A DNA stretch of 64,000 nt from Adineta vaga (GCA_021613535.1 CP075496.1:13020001-13084000); one strand, 5' to 3'; numbered from the stretch's first letter, positions 24,774 to 39,822 are shown. The notes: a model not told the origin generated them from the sequence alone. Program-made: numbers and translations.

Positions 24774-24854
24774 AGAAAAAAAGGAAAGGAAAGAAGAGAA
24801 AAACTTTGAAATTTAATTAAAAAAGAACGGGAAAATATCAATGCGCCTTTTCTT

Positions 24855-25897
24855 TTATACATAATTATCTCGAACATGATCATATTCACTTATATCAATC
24901 GTAGATTGTATAATAACAGATATAGGTTCTTCATAAAAATGATGTGAAAGATTTATAGATGAAACTGGAATTCGCTCGGTAACTGTGGGTTTCGTACGAA
25001 TTATATGAAGATATATAATAACGCTTATAATTCCAAGAAATAGAATACTACTGATAAGAAATATCCATTGATATTGTTTTTGAATAGATGAAGAAGCAAT
25101 AATCGTTGTATTATCGAACTCAATCTGTCGTAATTTTGTAACTAGAAGAAGTTCAATGAAATAATCAAATGAATTACAATGAATTTACCTTGATCACATT
25201 GTTGAATGGATAAATCTTTGATAATTAATGATTGATTACTTATTATTCCATTTGTTTCTGTAGCTACATTGATCTAGAGATTAAAACATAGTAAAGTTTC
25301 CATTCTATATAATCAAATAATCGTATACCATTGTTAGATTTTCTGGAAGTGAAATAGTCAAAGAATGCCAAATAAATTCCGATTGTTCATTTGAAATACA
25401 AAATATTGAAAATAATTGCGATGGTATTTTTATATTTCCTAAATATTTTCCATAAAAATTCATACATGCTAAAATATATCATCATAAACATATTCTCATT
25501 TTTGTTTGATATTCATTACTATTTGTTACATTGCCTGTAATAAGATATTTGAATTTAAAACAATATTGTTCATTGAATAAAAACTTTATTTTTATTAAAA
25601 ATATTGATTTCGATCCATCCAAATATTTCCTTATGCATAAATCTAATCAATAATATTCTCAAAGAGAAAATTACAAATTTCATTCCTATTACTTACGTTG
25701 ATTCATCTTTTGTCTATATCCACAACTATGATACATATCCCATCCAAATAAATCCCATTGACATAATTGATGATTGTCATTTGGTGAACAAATTAAATGA
25801 CTTTCTAAAACATTTCTAATCTTTTATCAAATCATAATCTCATCTTCTATTAACCTGTTTTTATCAAACATACGAATAAACAAATCATACCAATCAT
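24855..25897 (-). CDS. Single-pass type I membrane protein with degenerate MAM-like ectodomain and Tyr-motif cytoplasmic tail (6 exons; absent from the ORF track)
   Basis: In-frame GT-AG splicing gives signal MIGMICLFVCLIKT, C..CQW..GW, YCFKFKYLITG, WHSLTISL and LIIKDLSIQQC (MAM hallmarks), TM WIFLISSILFLGIISVIIYL, and tail ...FYEEP...SEYDHVRDNYV*. Confidence 0.7.
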
Positions 25898-26243
25898 ATC
25901 TTTATTTGATACCATTCTTTCCTATATAATATAATATAATCTTGAATTTTATTCGATTATTCTAAATCTAAATATTCATTTGTCTTTCTTACAAATATAA
26001 TCTAATGCACAATAGTCGACAAGTTTAGTTGTTTTTTTTATATCTTTATTTTAGTTCGAACTGGAACTAAAGATTTTTAGTTTCGATATTTTGTTCTTTT
26101 CAATCGGACAAATGAAGCAACGAATAGAAAAACAAATCTTGTGCAATGATTATTCGACATTGATGTGAAAGAGAAAAAAAAAGTGAAAATATAATCAAAT
26201 CTACGTTGTATGAATTTGTCTTTATACAATAATTTGCATTGAT

Positions 26244-29200
26244 TTAATTTCGTCGATGATGAGTTTTATCAATTACATCGGGTGCTGATGCTACAGGTGT
26301 ACCTGAAGGATATTCAATTGCAGGAAAGAAACCTTTCTCTTTGAAAATCGATCTAGAATTCAAGAAAGATTGAAATAAATATTCCATTGAATTTATTGAT
26401 ATAACTTACTCATAAAAACGAACATGAGTTTCTAATTGATTTAAGAGTAATTGTTGTTGTTTCGAATGTGCTTTAAGCATCTATTTATCATATTGAATAG
26501 AAAGAAAGAAAAGTAGAAGATAAAATGAGAGAAGAATCGATTTCTACTTTATATTTCTTTTGACTACTTTGACAACCATTCAAATCGGTCGAAAGTCCTC
26601 GAACAAATTGTTGTAATACAGCATTTTTCGTTTTCAAATTATCTCGATCACCCGTTAATTGTTGCATTAATGCTGGAATTTTCTTTAAATTTTCATGTAA
26701 TGAACCATTTCGACTATTACTATCACTATCATCCAAACTAAACAAATCAAATAATAAATTTTCGTATTAAACAACTACATTCTACATTTATTTACTATCT
26801 AACCAATTGTGTAATACAAATTAAGAAAGTTACGATAAACACACAAACATATGTAAATGAGATTCACAAACAACAAAACAATGTACATATATCTGATATT
26901 AAAGTGATTAGAAACAACACCCGATGTTAAGCAAGATATTTCACTGACTAGATCAAACACAAAAAGTGAGATTCAAACATCAAACGAAAGATTTTTTGTT
27001 ATTAATGTGATATGTTTTACCACAATTCAGGAATGCCTTCATGAATAAAATTTAAGGCTTGATCACAATCTTTTCGTAAACGTTTTTGTTCTTCATGACA
27101 ACGATTGACATTTTCACGCATTAATTTTAATTCTTCATTTAACGAAGTATTTTCAACACGAAGTGCATTCAATTCGGTATCTTGTTTTGTATACTAAATC
27201 AAAACAAATATAATTTTAAATAGAAAAATTTAATATCATACTTTTGTATTTAATGTTGAAGTACTTTTCATTGTATCTTCATATTCATTTTTAATCTGTT
27301 CAAGTTCATGATCACGTTTACGAGCTAAACGTTTATATTCATCATTTGATCGTTCAAGTAAAGATATATGTCGTTTTAATTCTTGATTCATTTCATCAAC
27401 TTTTTCAAACTAAACAAATGTATATATATATATGAAGATCATCTTGTCATGTAACGATAAGAAATTTTATGGAAGAGAGAAAAAAGAATCAAACCTTTGA
27501 TATGATTGTTGTTTGTTGATATTTCAATGCTTGTATTTCTGATTGTGCTGTATTTAATTCGGTTTTTTTCTGTTCAACTAAACCTAATGTATTTTTATTT
27601 GCTTCTTTCAATGATATCAACAATAATTCACATTCATTTATCTATAGACAAATCGAATTCTTTTAAATTTTTCATCCGAAAACAAAAACCCAAAACATTC
27701 ATTACTTTTTCTTGGTATAATAATTCATTTTGTTGTAATGTTTTTTGTAAACCTTCATTTTGACCATGTGTACTTGCTAATTGTTTTTCAAATTTTTGTA
27801 TTTGTTGATGTAATAGACGAATTTCATTGGTATATCCATCAATATCATTTTCAAATTTTTCAATCTAAAATATTAATGAAAATCAATTTTCTTATTTAAT
27901 TAAATTTTACTTTTTTATTTGCATTTCCCATATTCTTAACTAATTGATCACGTTCACGTGTCGTTTCATCTAATGTATGTTTTAAACGTTCAATTAATGT
28001 TTCTGCTTCGAAATGTGTTTGTGCTTCAGTACTAAAAAAGGTGAAAACTAGGAAAACAAAAATATCATTTGAAATGAAAGATTTACTTTAATTCTTTTCG
28101 TAATTGTACAATAGTAGCTTCTTGTTCATCGATTTTACCATGCATTAAACCTTCTGCTCGATGAAAATCATCAATTTTACTTCTCATACGTTTCGTTTCT
28201 GTACGTAAATGACGATTTTCATTACTTGTTTGAGACCATTTACGTCTATATTCTCGAACATAAAGATAAGCTTTTTCTAAAACAGGTTTAACAGCCATAA
28301 ATTGTAATATTAAATCTTCATGTTGACTACGTAGAAGTGTTAACATTTTCGTCGATTGTTCAAGACGTTCATCTAATGTACGTAATTTATTTGCATCTTC
28401 ACTTAAATCAGTAATTTGTTCATGAAGTTTCGATGTACTAATAACCCATTGTTCACTTGTTTCCGAAGCCTATTCATACAAATCGTAGAATATGAAATTA
28501 CATATGAAGAATATGTTGGAATTGAATTTTTTTTTACTTTACGAACGACTGTTTTGAAACAATTACCAAGTAAAGTTAATTTTCGTTTATAAATCTTTGA
28601 TTCATCCATAGATTGAATTAACTAGAATAGAGATTGATGAAGAGAATGATTTATTAATGAGTTTGATTTACTCGTTCTTTATGTGAACTATCGGATAATT
28701 CTATTTGTTCAAAATCATATCGACATTTTGTTAATTCTTCATTTAAAACTGCATGTTCATCTTGAAGTTTTTCATAGGTATTCATCATTGTAGATAATTC
28801 ATTTTCAACAGTTTTTAAACGTTGTTCATGTTCAAAATAATCTTCATTTGCATAGCGATGTTCTTTTTCATATGTATGAAATTCTTGTTGAACTTGATGT
28901 AAACGATTCGTTATTGTTGATAACTAAAGAAAGAAAATGGAAAGATTTAATGAAGGATTTTTTTATTTACTTCATTTGTTTTATCGGTTGAATGTTGTTT
29001 TAAGATTTGATTTTCAATTTCATGTTGAACAATCTCATCATGTGCTTTCGATAAATCATTTTTTGATTTTTCATAATCAATCTGAAGACGTGATAGAAGA
29101 TGATTTAATGTTTCAATTTCACGTTGACGACTATCTAATGTTTGATTCGCTTCTTCCAACGATGATTCAGTTCGATTGAGAACTTGTTTTAAATCCGTTT

Positions 29201-32200
29201 CCTATAAAAAGAAAAGAAATCAATTACAAATCTTTTCTTATCAAATGATATATATATATATACTTTAGTGAGATGTTCTTGAATAAGTGATCGTGCTTGA
29301 TTAAGTTCGGTTTTTAATGTATCATTTGTCATCATTGTACTTTTTAATTGCATTTTCAAATCATCAGCTTGATGTATGGCATCGACCGCACGTTTTTGTT
29401 CATCATCTAATTGTCGTGTGATGAGAACGAGTTTTGCTGCTGTTTTCGAACCTATTTCTGTTTCATTATATAACATTTTTTGAATATTTTCAAGTTCATT
29501 TTGATAATTTTCATTTTGTTCTCGAATTTCATTTCGTTCACTTGTTATATTCGAAAGATCAGCTTTTAATTCATCAATATTATTCAAAAGAGTATCCTCA
29601 TTTGTTCTTAATGATGCTATTTCACTATTTAATTGTTCCAATTCATAACTAAATTTACGATGTTCATCTTCACGATGAATTTTTACATTATGTAATTCTG
29701 ATTCCGAACGTTGACATTGAACAGTAATTGTTTCTTTCTATACAAAAGAAAATTCATCAATCGAAAGATAATTATTTCCTTTTTGAACAATCACATCAAT
29801 GATAAGAATTCGAAATTTCAAAACTATTGTTATTGTTATTATTCATCTTCTATTTTACATCATATTCTCCTTGAAAACGATTTCAATTCTTATTTTACTA
29901 AGTAACTCTCAACATGCCTAGAAACTTCATGCATATGTATATATATATACAATAAGTTTGTCTTTTTAAAGTGTTTATTTTAGAATTGTTTGCATTGAAA
30001 TGAAACTCATCAGAAGTGATGACGGCGAGTGTGTTTATATGGTTTCATTTGAAAGCGTCGTTTTCTCAAGCAATTTTTTCTTTATTATCAATCTCTATTC
30101 TTACAGATAGTTAGTTACCTCTTCTTGAAGTGTTAATAGATCTTGTTGTAATGTTTTAATTCGAACTTCTTGTTCTTCTTGAACATTATTTAAACGAGTG
30201 ATTTCTTTTTCTTGAATTAAACATTCTTCTTTTGCATATTTAGATTTGATTTCTAAATCATGAAGACTTTGATCACAACGAACTAATTGATCTTGTTTAA
30301 TTGTTAACTAGAACAAAGCAATTGATTCTATTTGAGAAAAAGAAAGAAAGATTCTTACTTGTTTATTCAATGATTTTTGTGTTTTTTGAAATTCTTCTTG
30401 TTTTAATTTAGATTCAGTTGATAATTGTTGAAGTTGTTCATTCAATGTAACATTTGTTTGTTCTCGTTCAGCTAATGTTTTTGATAAATGACGAATCTAT
30501 TTACGTAGAAAGAAAGTAAAGAATTTTATTGATTTTGAAATTGTAAATTACTTCTCGTTGTAAGATTTTCACATCATGTAAAGCTTTTGTTGCATTATCT
30601 TCAGCGAATTTTTCTCGATGATGACTTTTAACAAGACCTGTTTCGAGTGTTTCTGATAATTGTGCAACTTCACCTGTTTTTTCAATAACAATTTGTTCTA
30701 ATTCATCAATATGTACTTGTTTATCAACAATTTCTTTATGTTTTTGTATTAATTCATTTTTCATTTTTTCCATTTCATCTTCATAATCCATCAATGTTTT
30801 ATTACGTAAATCAACTAATGTCATTGTTTCGAATAATTTCGTTTCAATTAAATTATTTTGAGAATTTAAATCATTTATTGTATATTCTAATTGTTCATTT
30901 TGTACAGTAGCATCTTGTAATGTTCGTTGAAGTTTGCCAATTTGTTCATTTGATTGTTGATTTATTTCACGTAATTGTTGTTGATGATCTTCATTCGTTA
31001 GATTTTTATTTTGTTCAATTGCTAATTGATCTTGATATGTACGTAATTCTAATGATCGTTTATCAAGCTAAGAAACAGTCATAGAACGATATATGAAAAG
31101 TGTGTTTACATAATCTTAGTAATCGTTACGAATATAATAATATTCATCTACAATTGACCTTCAGAACTGACATCGGAGTTTTTTTTCTTTCTAATACATG
31201 AGAAGAATTTCAGGACACAATTTTTGAAGGTCAATTTCTTATTATTCTCTATCTTGAGGGCGATTATTAATGACAGTAACAAAGAAAAGAAATTTTATGT
31301 AAACGAAATCTTACTTCATCATCTTTTTCTTCACATAAACGTTTTAATGCACGAATTTCTGAATTTAGTTGTTCTGCATCAGTTGTACTTGTTTGATAAT
31401 GTTGCTCTAATTGTTCATCATGAATTTTTCTTGCAAATCGAACATCTTGTTCAAGTTTATCGATTAATGCTTCTTTTGTTTTAATCTAAAACGAAATATA
31501 TTTCAAATGATAAAATTTTCTTTATTTTCAAATATAATTCACTTCAGAAACAAGTCCATCAAGACGTTTTCTTGTTGAATGTAATTCTTGATCAAGTTTT
31601 TCATATTCAATTTTTGATACAGTTGATTCAATAGGTTGAATAGGAGTTACTGAATACATATTTGCTGATACTTCTCGTTGAAGATTACGAATTTGTTCTT
31701 CTAAATCTGTTGTTATAGAATCTTTTACACGACACTAAATATTAATAAATGTTATTATTTGTTGATGTATTTTTAAATGGTAACTTACATGTCGTTGAAG
31801 ATCACTACGTTCATTTTCTAATTGAATTTTTTCATTAACAATCTGCTCAATTTGTTGAACATATTGTTCGATTTGCTGTTTTTTCGTTTTGATATCATTA
31901 TTAAGTAAAGCTGTAGATTCAAGATGACGATCAGAAATTGTTTTTAATTTCGTTGATAAATCATGAATACGTTCTTCAGAACGTTGTTTCGTTTGTTTCA
32001 ATTCTTCTTGAAGTTCTTTTAATTCATTGGTTCGAAGACGAATCTAATAGAAAAAGATATTTAATTGAAGAAATCAAAAGTGTTTTCTTACATCCATTTT
32101 AACTGTTTCAGATTTTTGACATTCTTCAGCAAGTTTTGTACGAAGATCTTCGACTTTTTTTGAAAGAACAATATTCTAAAAGAATGAAACTGATTGAAAA

Positions 32201-33452
32201 AGAATAGTCGTATGAATAAACATCAACCTGTCCTTTTAAGTCATCATCTCCTGAATAAGACGAAAGAGTTGAATGTTTATTCGTTGCCTTAAAACGAAAA
32301 TATTTTATTCTTCATATCAAACATTTCTTCATATCTACTTGGAGAGCCAATTCATCTTGAGCTTTTTTCAATTGGTCAATCTCAGCTTGTAAAACTTGAA
32401 TACGTTCATCACGATATTGAATTTCTCTATGTAAAGGAATTGTATTGTGAAGTTCATCATTTGCTATTCCAATAATTGAATCAACTGGAATTGTTTTCAA
32501 TTGTAATCTTTTCGTATCCCATTTTCCTGTTCGTTTAGCAGTATTAATAAATGATGTTAAAGAATCAAGATCATGTTTTAAATCGAGATTTTCATGACTT
32601 AATTTCCATTTTTCAGTTTCCACACCCTATGAAAACGCTCTACATATGATATTTTGATTTTCTACGAAAGAATACTTACACTAACAGTTTTTGAGACATC
32701 GGATAGATGATGTTGCTATACAATCAATAGAATTTCGAATATTAGAAGAGAGATATATGTGTAAAACATACTTGTAAAGATGTATGTGCTTTCTTTAATT
32801 TATTTTCAAGTAAAGCAACACGTTGATTAGCTTCCTTTTCAAGTTCATCAAGACTTTGTAAGAGTAATCGTGTTTGAATCGATAGATCTTTTACATAACT
32901 TTCATAGACAGCTAGTTTTTGCTATAAAAAAACCCAGATAACTTAACAACATTTATTAGATTAGAATACGAATGTTCATTTCTCTCTATTCATTCTTCGT
33001 GAGAAACTCAATTATATTGTAAGGTTTGAAGTAGGCTGCTCCTTTTTTTTCTAAACAAATTATCCCATATATATTCTTTCAAGGGGAAACCTTACATATT
33101 TCGTTTGTTCATCAAGTATTATTACACAAGTCTAATTTGTTCTTCTTTCAAAAGATGAATTCTTCAGAAAAATCTAGTGCAATGTTTAAACTCATTCTAT
33201 AAGAAGAAGAAAAAACTTTTGCTAAATATTTAAAATGTGTCGTATTATCTGATTTTGGATAACTATTGAAAAAAAACAAAGCAAGATCTGAGCATTAATA
33301 GATAAATGTTATACCTTATGACGATCGTCGACTGCGATATGTTTCTCATCAATACTTGTTAATTTCTTCACATAACGATTTTGAACTTCTTCGAATAAAG
33401 TTGCAACATGTTTAACATTGAGGTTTTGATTGGTGCATGTTGTGTTACTCAT
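26244..33452 (-). CDS. Very long coiled-coil protein (multi-exon; centrosomal/cytoskeletal type, family not assigned)
   Basis: About 25 in-frame exons of E/K/Q/L-rich heptads from MSNTTCTNQ (33452) to ...GFFPAIEYPSG...HHRRN* (26244). Confidence 0.8.
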
Positions 33453-33993
33453 TGAGAAAGAAAAATATAAATAGAAATGTGTGGTTTAATGATAGAAGGA
33501 CATTTCGATTTATATGGTTTCTTATTTCTTCAACTTCATTCACTGAATCATTTCTTTGACTCGACCTCTATACATACAGAATGCATTTGATTACAAATGC
33601 ATTGATGTGTTAGATTATATTCCATTCATAAATGGTATTGATAAAAGAAATTTGAAAAGAAAAATTTTTTCATTTTGAAACATAAGGAAAAAAAGAGAGA
33701 GATGATTTCTTGTAATAATGAACATTTCTAAATAATAAACATATTCGACGAATCAAGTTCATCTTCTTCTTTTGTTGTGTTGTGTATTACATATGTACTC
33801 AAAAATGAAGTATTAGTTTTCTTTGAATTTGTAGATTATATTATCTATTTTTTCTTTTGTTCATGTTATTATTGTTCCAATCATTAGAAGTATTCATTAA
33901 CAGTAAAACAAACGATTTTCAAACCTAGTTATTTTATCTCTTCATATTCTATGGCTAAAAATACTTGTTAAACATTAATTCCACTAGATTATC

Positions 33994-36609
33994 ATGTCTG
34001 AAAATCAAAAGACGACAACGAAAAAATCGAAAAAAGGCAAGACTATACCATTGACTGATTTTCTTGCTGAAACACCGAAAACAGTTACTGTTCGAGCCAA
34101 TTGGTCGGAAATAGTTGACAGTGAAGAAGCAGAAACCAAACCTATTGGTAATATTTTCATCGACAATAAATTTCATTTTATAATGATCTCCTTGTGTTTC
34201 CAGTTGTTAATATAGGTGTTTTACCAACAGCTCCTCGTAATGCCACTGATATTGATCCTAGTAGTATACCAAGCAATCCTCCATTTGTTGCTCATATAGC
34301 TAATCTATCGTTTGAAATTGATGATGAAGGTTTAAGAAGAATATTTGCTGATTTAACCGTATAAAATTTTTGTAAATAACTTCGTTTATTAATGTTTTAT
34401 TTTATGTTTAGACTAAATCAGCACGTGTATTACGAGATGGTATGCGTAGTCGTGGAATTGGCTTAGTTGATTTTGAAACACGTGAACATTTGATTGAAGC
34501 TTTGAAACGAACAGATAAAGAAGTTTATGGACGTAAAATACGTGTTACTGTTTCCGATAAAACAGATATGCATCAAACAGATGGTGGACGAGGAACATTC
34601 GGTAATAATCGATCGAATCGTGGTGGTGGTGGCGGTGAAGAACGACCAGAAATGGCTGATAAATGGAAAAGAGCTGAACGTAAGTTATTAATATGTAAGA
34701 TCTGTTTTTGAAAAAATCTATTCAAATTTTTTCTAGCACGATCTAATGATACACATGATGATCGACAAAGTAGTGGATTTAATCGTGATAGACAAAATCG
34801 TGGTGATCATGGACGATGTATGTTATCTGACATAGGATTGTGAATAGAATAGAAAAAAACATATGAAGTGATTTTGGTTTCTAGCGAATATGGGTGGTGG
34901 TTCACGAGATAATCATGGTAATGATTTTGGATTTGGATATCCACGTACAAGAGATGATCGTGGTGGAGGACAAAGTGGTGGAAATCGTGATTATAATCGT
35001 CAAGGACAACGCAATAACCGTAATTATGATGATGAAAATCGATCGAACAGTGGAACTGATAGACCTCGTTATTCAGGTCGATACAGTGATACACGGTAAA
35101 ATTAAAATATTAATTAAATATTCTATTTTCTTACATTCTTATTTTATTGATTTTAGTGATACTCGTGATCGAAATCAAACTAATGGTATTGAAAACTAAT
35201 CCATTTTCTTCTTCCTAAAAATTTTCTTTGTATTGATATTAGATGAACCTCGTGGTGATGATCAACAAGAACCACCACGAGAACGTCAACGTTTACAACT
35301 TCAACCACGTACTAAACCATTGGAAGAATTCGAACCATTATCAGGTTCATCATCATCTGTGAATAATGTTGCTGCTAATGCTGGACAATCGTCGATATCC
35401 AATGCAGATGATTCGTCTTCATCTATAGCAAATAGATATACTCAACAAACTCAAGATTCATCCATTAATGAACATCGAGATGATAATCAACATGAAGAAT
35501 CTCGAAATTCCAATGATCAAGTTAATACACCCGATGAGCAATCAACGGTGAAACCATCACGTGGTGCTGGTGCTTCTATATTCGGTGGAGCTAAACCGGT
35601 GGATACAACTGCAAGAGAACGTGAAATTGAAAAGAAATTAAGCGAAATTCAAATAACTTCTAGTGAAACAACGGGTGACAGTGAAGAGAAAACGTCATCA
35701 ACTAAGTAATGTATCATTTGTTATGTCAATGAGATAGAAATTGTTTGAATGAAATTTATTTTAGACCAACAAATTATCGTACTGAACGAGATGTCTATCG
35801 TGCCAAACGACCATCACATAATGATGAGCATCGTGATCGTGATCGAGATCGACGAGATGATGGTATTAGAGAAGAGTTATTTTTTCATCAACAAACACAT
35901 TCAATAAATATATCTTTGATTTGTTTAGGTCGGTCTGGACATGGTACAGATTATCATCATAAACGTGAATTTAGTGGTATGTACTTTTGAGAGAATGTCA
36001 AATGAAGTTAAATTTTATATTAAATCTAGGTGGTCGTCAATATGAAGACGAAGGTCGACGACGTCAAGATGATGAACATCCTCCACATCGTGGTGGTTAT
36101 GATCGAGACCGTCTTAGTGGTGGACAATCACGACGTGATCCTGATTCTGGTCGTTCAAATAAATTCAATCAACCAGATCGTAGTACATAGCCGAGATTTT
36201 TCTTTTATTCATTGTAATTTTATTTCTATACATTCAGATCTTGATCGTGGTAATAATCGAAATCGTGAACGTGAAGATCGCAATCAAGATCCAGATGAAT
36301 TTAGTACTTATGGACGTCCATCAAATAATCATAATACTGATTCCAATTCTCGAACTCAACAACGGTAAAATATTTATATTATTCAATTGAATTATTGATA
36401 ATCCTTTTTTTTTAGTGGTGTACCACGTCGAAATGTTCAAGTACAAGATGAAGCGAATAAAGTAAGGAAAAGAAATCGATGATTTAATTATTCTAAATGA
36501 ATTTGTATTTGTTTAGGTTCAATTATCGAATAAATTCTCTATGCTTGATGATGATGATGATGTTGATAATGAAAATGATGACGCTCAAAGTCCAAGTATT
36601 GACGAATAG
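33994..36609 (+). CDS. EIF4B: Eukaryotic translation initiation factor 4B
   Basis: KKGKTIPLTDFL, LPTAPR, PPFVAHIANL-RRM, DRYG-like region, RQRLQLQPRTKP, ASIFGGAKPVDTTARERE, C-terminal NKFSML. Confidence 0.93.
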
Positions 36610-37807
36610 ATCCTTTCAGACATTCTCTATATTTTTTGCCCAGAATTTTGTTGTTTGTTGATCGTTATTAGAAGAAAGCAAAAATCAAAAAAAGACTTTA
36701 TATTCTAAGAGGGAGAGAGAAAACATACGTTTATCTTTTAATTCTGCAAGTTTAGTTTCCTTCATTTTTCATTCTTTATTCGTATGGGATATCGGTTGGT
36801 TGTTGGATCTTTTTTGTTCCTTTTTTTGTCTAGACATGGACGATGAACTTTTTCTTCGTTTCATTTTTTTTTCTCTTTCAGTTGTTTCTTTTCTTTTTTT
36901 TGTTATCGTTATAACTTTATTCTTTTTCTTTTTCTCTCTCTCTCCCTCTGTTTTTTTCTTTCTTTCATAAGGAAATCTTTTCTTTCTGTTGTTTATTGAT
37001 GATCTATTCATCATTTTCTTCGTTTTTCTTTCATTATTATTCAAATAAACAAAACGAAAATAAAAAAGAGATTAATTCCATTTGAAAATTTTCTTTTTAG
37101 ATTATTCTATTGATATTTTTATTTGCAATATATTCTTATATTCATGTAAGTATATTTATAAACAATAATGAACATCTAGTTAAACCTTTTCTCAATTGTA
37201 TTTTAGATCGTTTTTGGAAGAATTTGCATGTTTATTTCTATTTAATTTATAATCAACGACAGAAAAAGATTTATTTTTTGTCGTATTTAGATTCTCTTTT
37301 CGTTGTTTTTCTCTTTATTCATTTGTTTTCTAATCGACATTATTTATTATTGTTCAATGAGATACAGAAAAAGAATCTAAGACTAACATTTATTCAATAT
37401 GGTTAATATATGTTGTTGTTTTAAAAAGAATATTTATTTCTTTTGTTATTCATATACACATATACTAATTCTTCTGTTGTTGTTCTTATATTGATTTGTC
37501 TATACGTATATATATATTGATGTATTTCTTATTGTTATGATGAGAGTCAACTATTTCCATACAAGAGGTAAAGTAGATAACATAATTAAACAGATTAAAC
37601 ACCAAACACTATTTGTGTATGTGTGTGCCATTCTTGTTTTTTACTGCTGCTTATTAATAACTAAACTTGATTTGTTTTTCAATTCAATGATAATGCAAAA
37701 GAATGCTTTATTTTATTCTTGTTTTAAAATAGTAAGAAAAAAAATTCTTTTCATTATTTTTTAGAGTCTACTCTGATTGCCTGTCAAGATCAATTTGAGA
37801 ACGGCTG

Positions 37808-39822
37808 ATGGAAACAAGACCAATTCGTTTACGTTCACCATCATCATCGGTATCACGTTCACGTTCACCGATATCACCCAGTGAACAACGAAGTATTTCA
37901 ACGTCACCACGACGAGGTCCATCAACACCTGTGAAATCACCTACAAATAGAACGAATAGTGATGACGAAGGTTTAGCAGCAGATGATTCATCAAAAGTAG
38001 TTTCTAATGAAATTTCATCACCAACCCTGTCAGATACAGAACAAAATCATCATAGAAAACGATCCCATCATGGACATCATCGGCATCGACATCATAAACA
38101 ATCAAAATCGAATAAACGTTCGATATCACATAATCGACAACCAGCAAAACGAAGGTAAATACTTACTGATCTTGAAATACTTTTGTATGAAACTATGTTT
38201 CCTAAATTTTTAGTAAAAAAGAAACGGGATCTGTATCACGACATAATCAATCTGATGATGAAAATTCTATTCCTTCACCAGAAAAAAATACAAGTGAAAG
38301 TGAACAATTGTCATCGGACAATGAAGAACAAGAAGAAGGAATGATTGAAGGTAAATTTCTTCAAGAATTTTTTTCTTCTTATATTTCATCTGATGGATTT
38401 TATTAGGAAATAGCACACCGAGTGATCATCGTAGTAGTCGTCGTCATCATCGTAAAAAACATCATTCATCATCGACAAATAATGAACGTACTAGTCAAAG
38501 TCCTCAATCATCCTCAGATTCTCCCTCAAAAACTAACAAAGGCACTCAATTAATAGTGAATTATTTACCTGAATCCTTACGTGAAGCTGATTTTTATCAA
38601 TTATTTTCTCGTATTGCACCAGTTAAACTTTGTAAATTAATCACTGATCGTCATACAGGTCATTCGTATTGTTATGGTTTTATTGAATATCATACAAAAG
38701 AAGATGCTTCAAAAGCAATTAAAAAATATAATGGTTATGGAATTGAACATAAAAAATTAAAAGTATCATATGCTCAACCAAAATCAAAACCGAATATGGA
38801 TGAGGTTGATATTGAGATTAAACATTCAAATTCATCTTCAACACAAAAAAATTCAAATGTTTATATTACTGAATTACCGGATACGTTTGATGAAAAAATG
38901 TTAAAACGTCTTTTTTCAAAATATGGCGAGATTGTTCAAGCGAAAATTTTACGTGATCCACGTACAAGAATATCACGAGGTGTTGGATTTGTTTTAATGA
39001 CATCGACTCGGTATGCTGAACGAGCAATTAAAGCACTTGATGGTCATATACCATCAGGTGCTCAAAGGCCTATATCGGTCAAATATGCTGATCCAAAAAA
39101 GACAACATCGTCATCATCAGGAAATAATAATCCGGTATCTCGTTTATCAAGTGCATCACCAATGGCAAATATTACTGGACCATATGGATATCCACCTGGA
39201 TTTCCTTCATTAAATATGATAGATCCATATTATGCAGCAGCTCTTCATCATCATCATCGTGCGGCAATGAATATGTTCGTAAAAAAATTGTCTCATCTTT
39301 GAAGTAACTCGCATGAATTATTATTTGTTTTTTTGTTCTTCTAGGAGAGATTTAAGTCGATCACCACCTCCACTCCCACCACCTCCGCCACCGCCACAGT
39401 CATATTATAATCGATCGTCACGTCGACGCAGTTCGTCACCTGATGTTTCACGTTCATATTCATCTTCATCATCATCAAAACATAATTCCAATAATTTAGT
39501 ACCGGGAATGGCAAATTCAACATCATTAGCTGCTGCATATGATTTAATAGCTAAAGGTTGTCAACAAGCAATTGATCCGAATGGTTTTGTTATATATGCA
39601 TTTGGTTTACCACGTGATTGTGTTGAACACGAATTAGAAGAATTATTTCAACGTTATGGTGATGTTTATCGTGTATATATTGTAAAAAATTATACGACAG
39701 GTGAATCAAAAGGTTACTCATTTGTTACAATGCGTAATTATGACGAAGCATGCCATGCTGTTGATAGTCTCCATAATTCAACATTTCAAGGTCGAACCAT
39801 TCAAGTACGATTTAAACAATGA
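37808..39822 (+). CDS. ELAV/Hu-family three-RRM RNA-binding protein with long RS/SP-rich N-terminus
   Basis: RRM1 LIVNYLP..CKLITDR.TG.SY.YGFIEY..LKVSYA; RRM2 KILRD..T.ISRGVGFV..PISVKYA; RRM3 KGYSFVTM.NYDEA..IQVRFK. Four coding exons. Confidence 0.85.

Noticed and set aside
36769-37764. Lys/Arg-rich and Phe-rich ORFs after eIF4B (similar ones at 15470-15928, 19672-20104, 45730-45992, 54356-54694)
   Set aside because: Translations of T- or A-rich UTR and intergenic low-complexity sequence.
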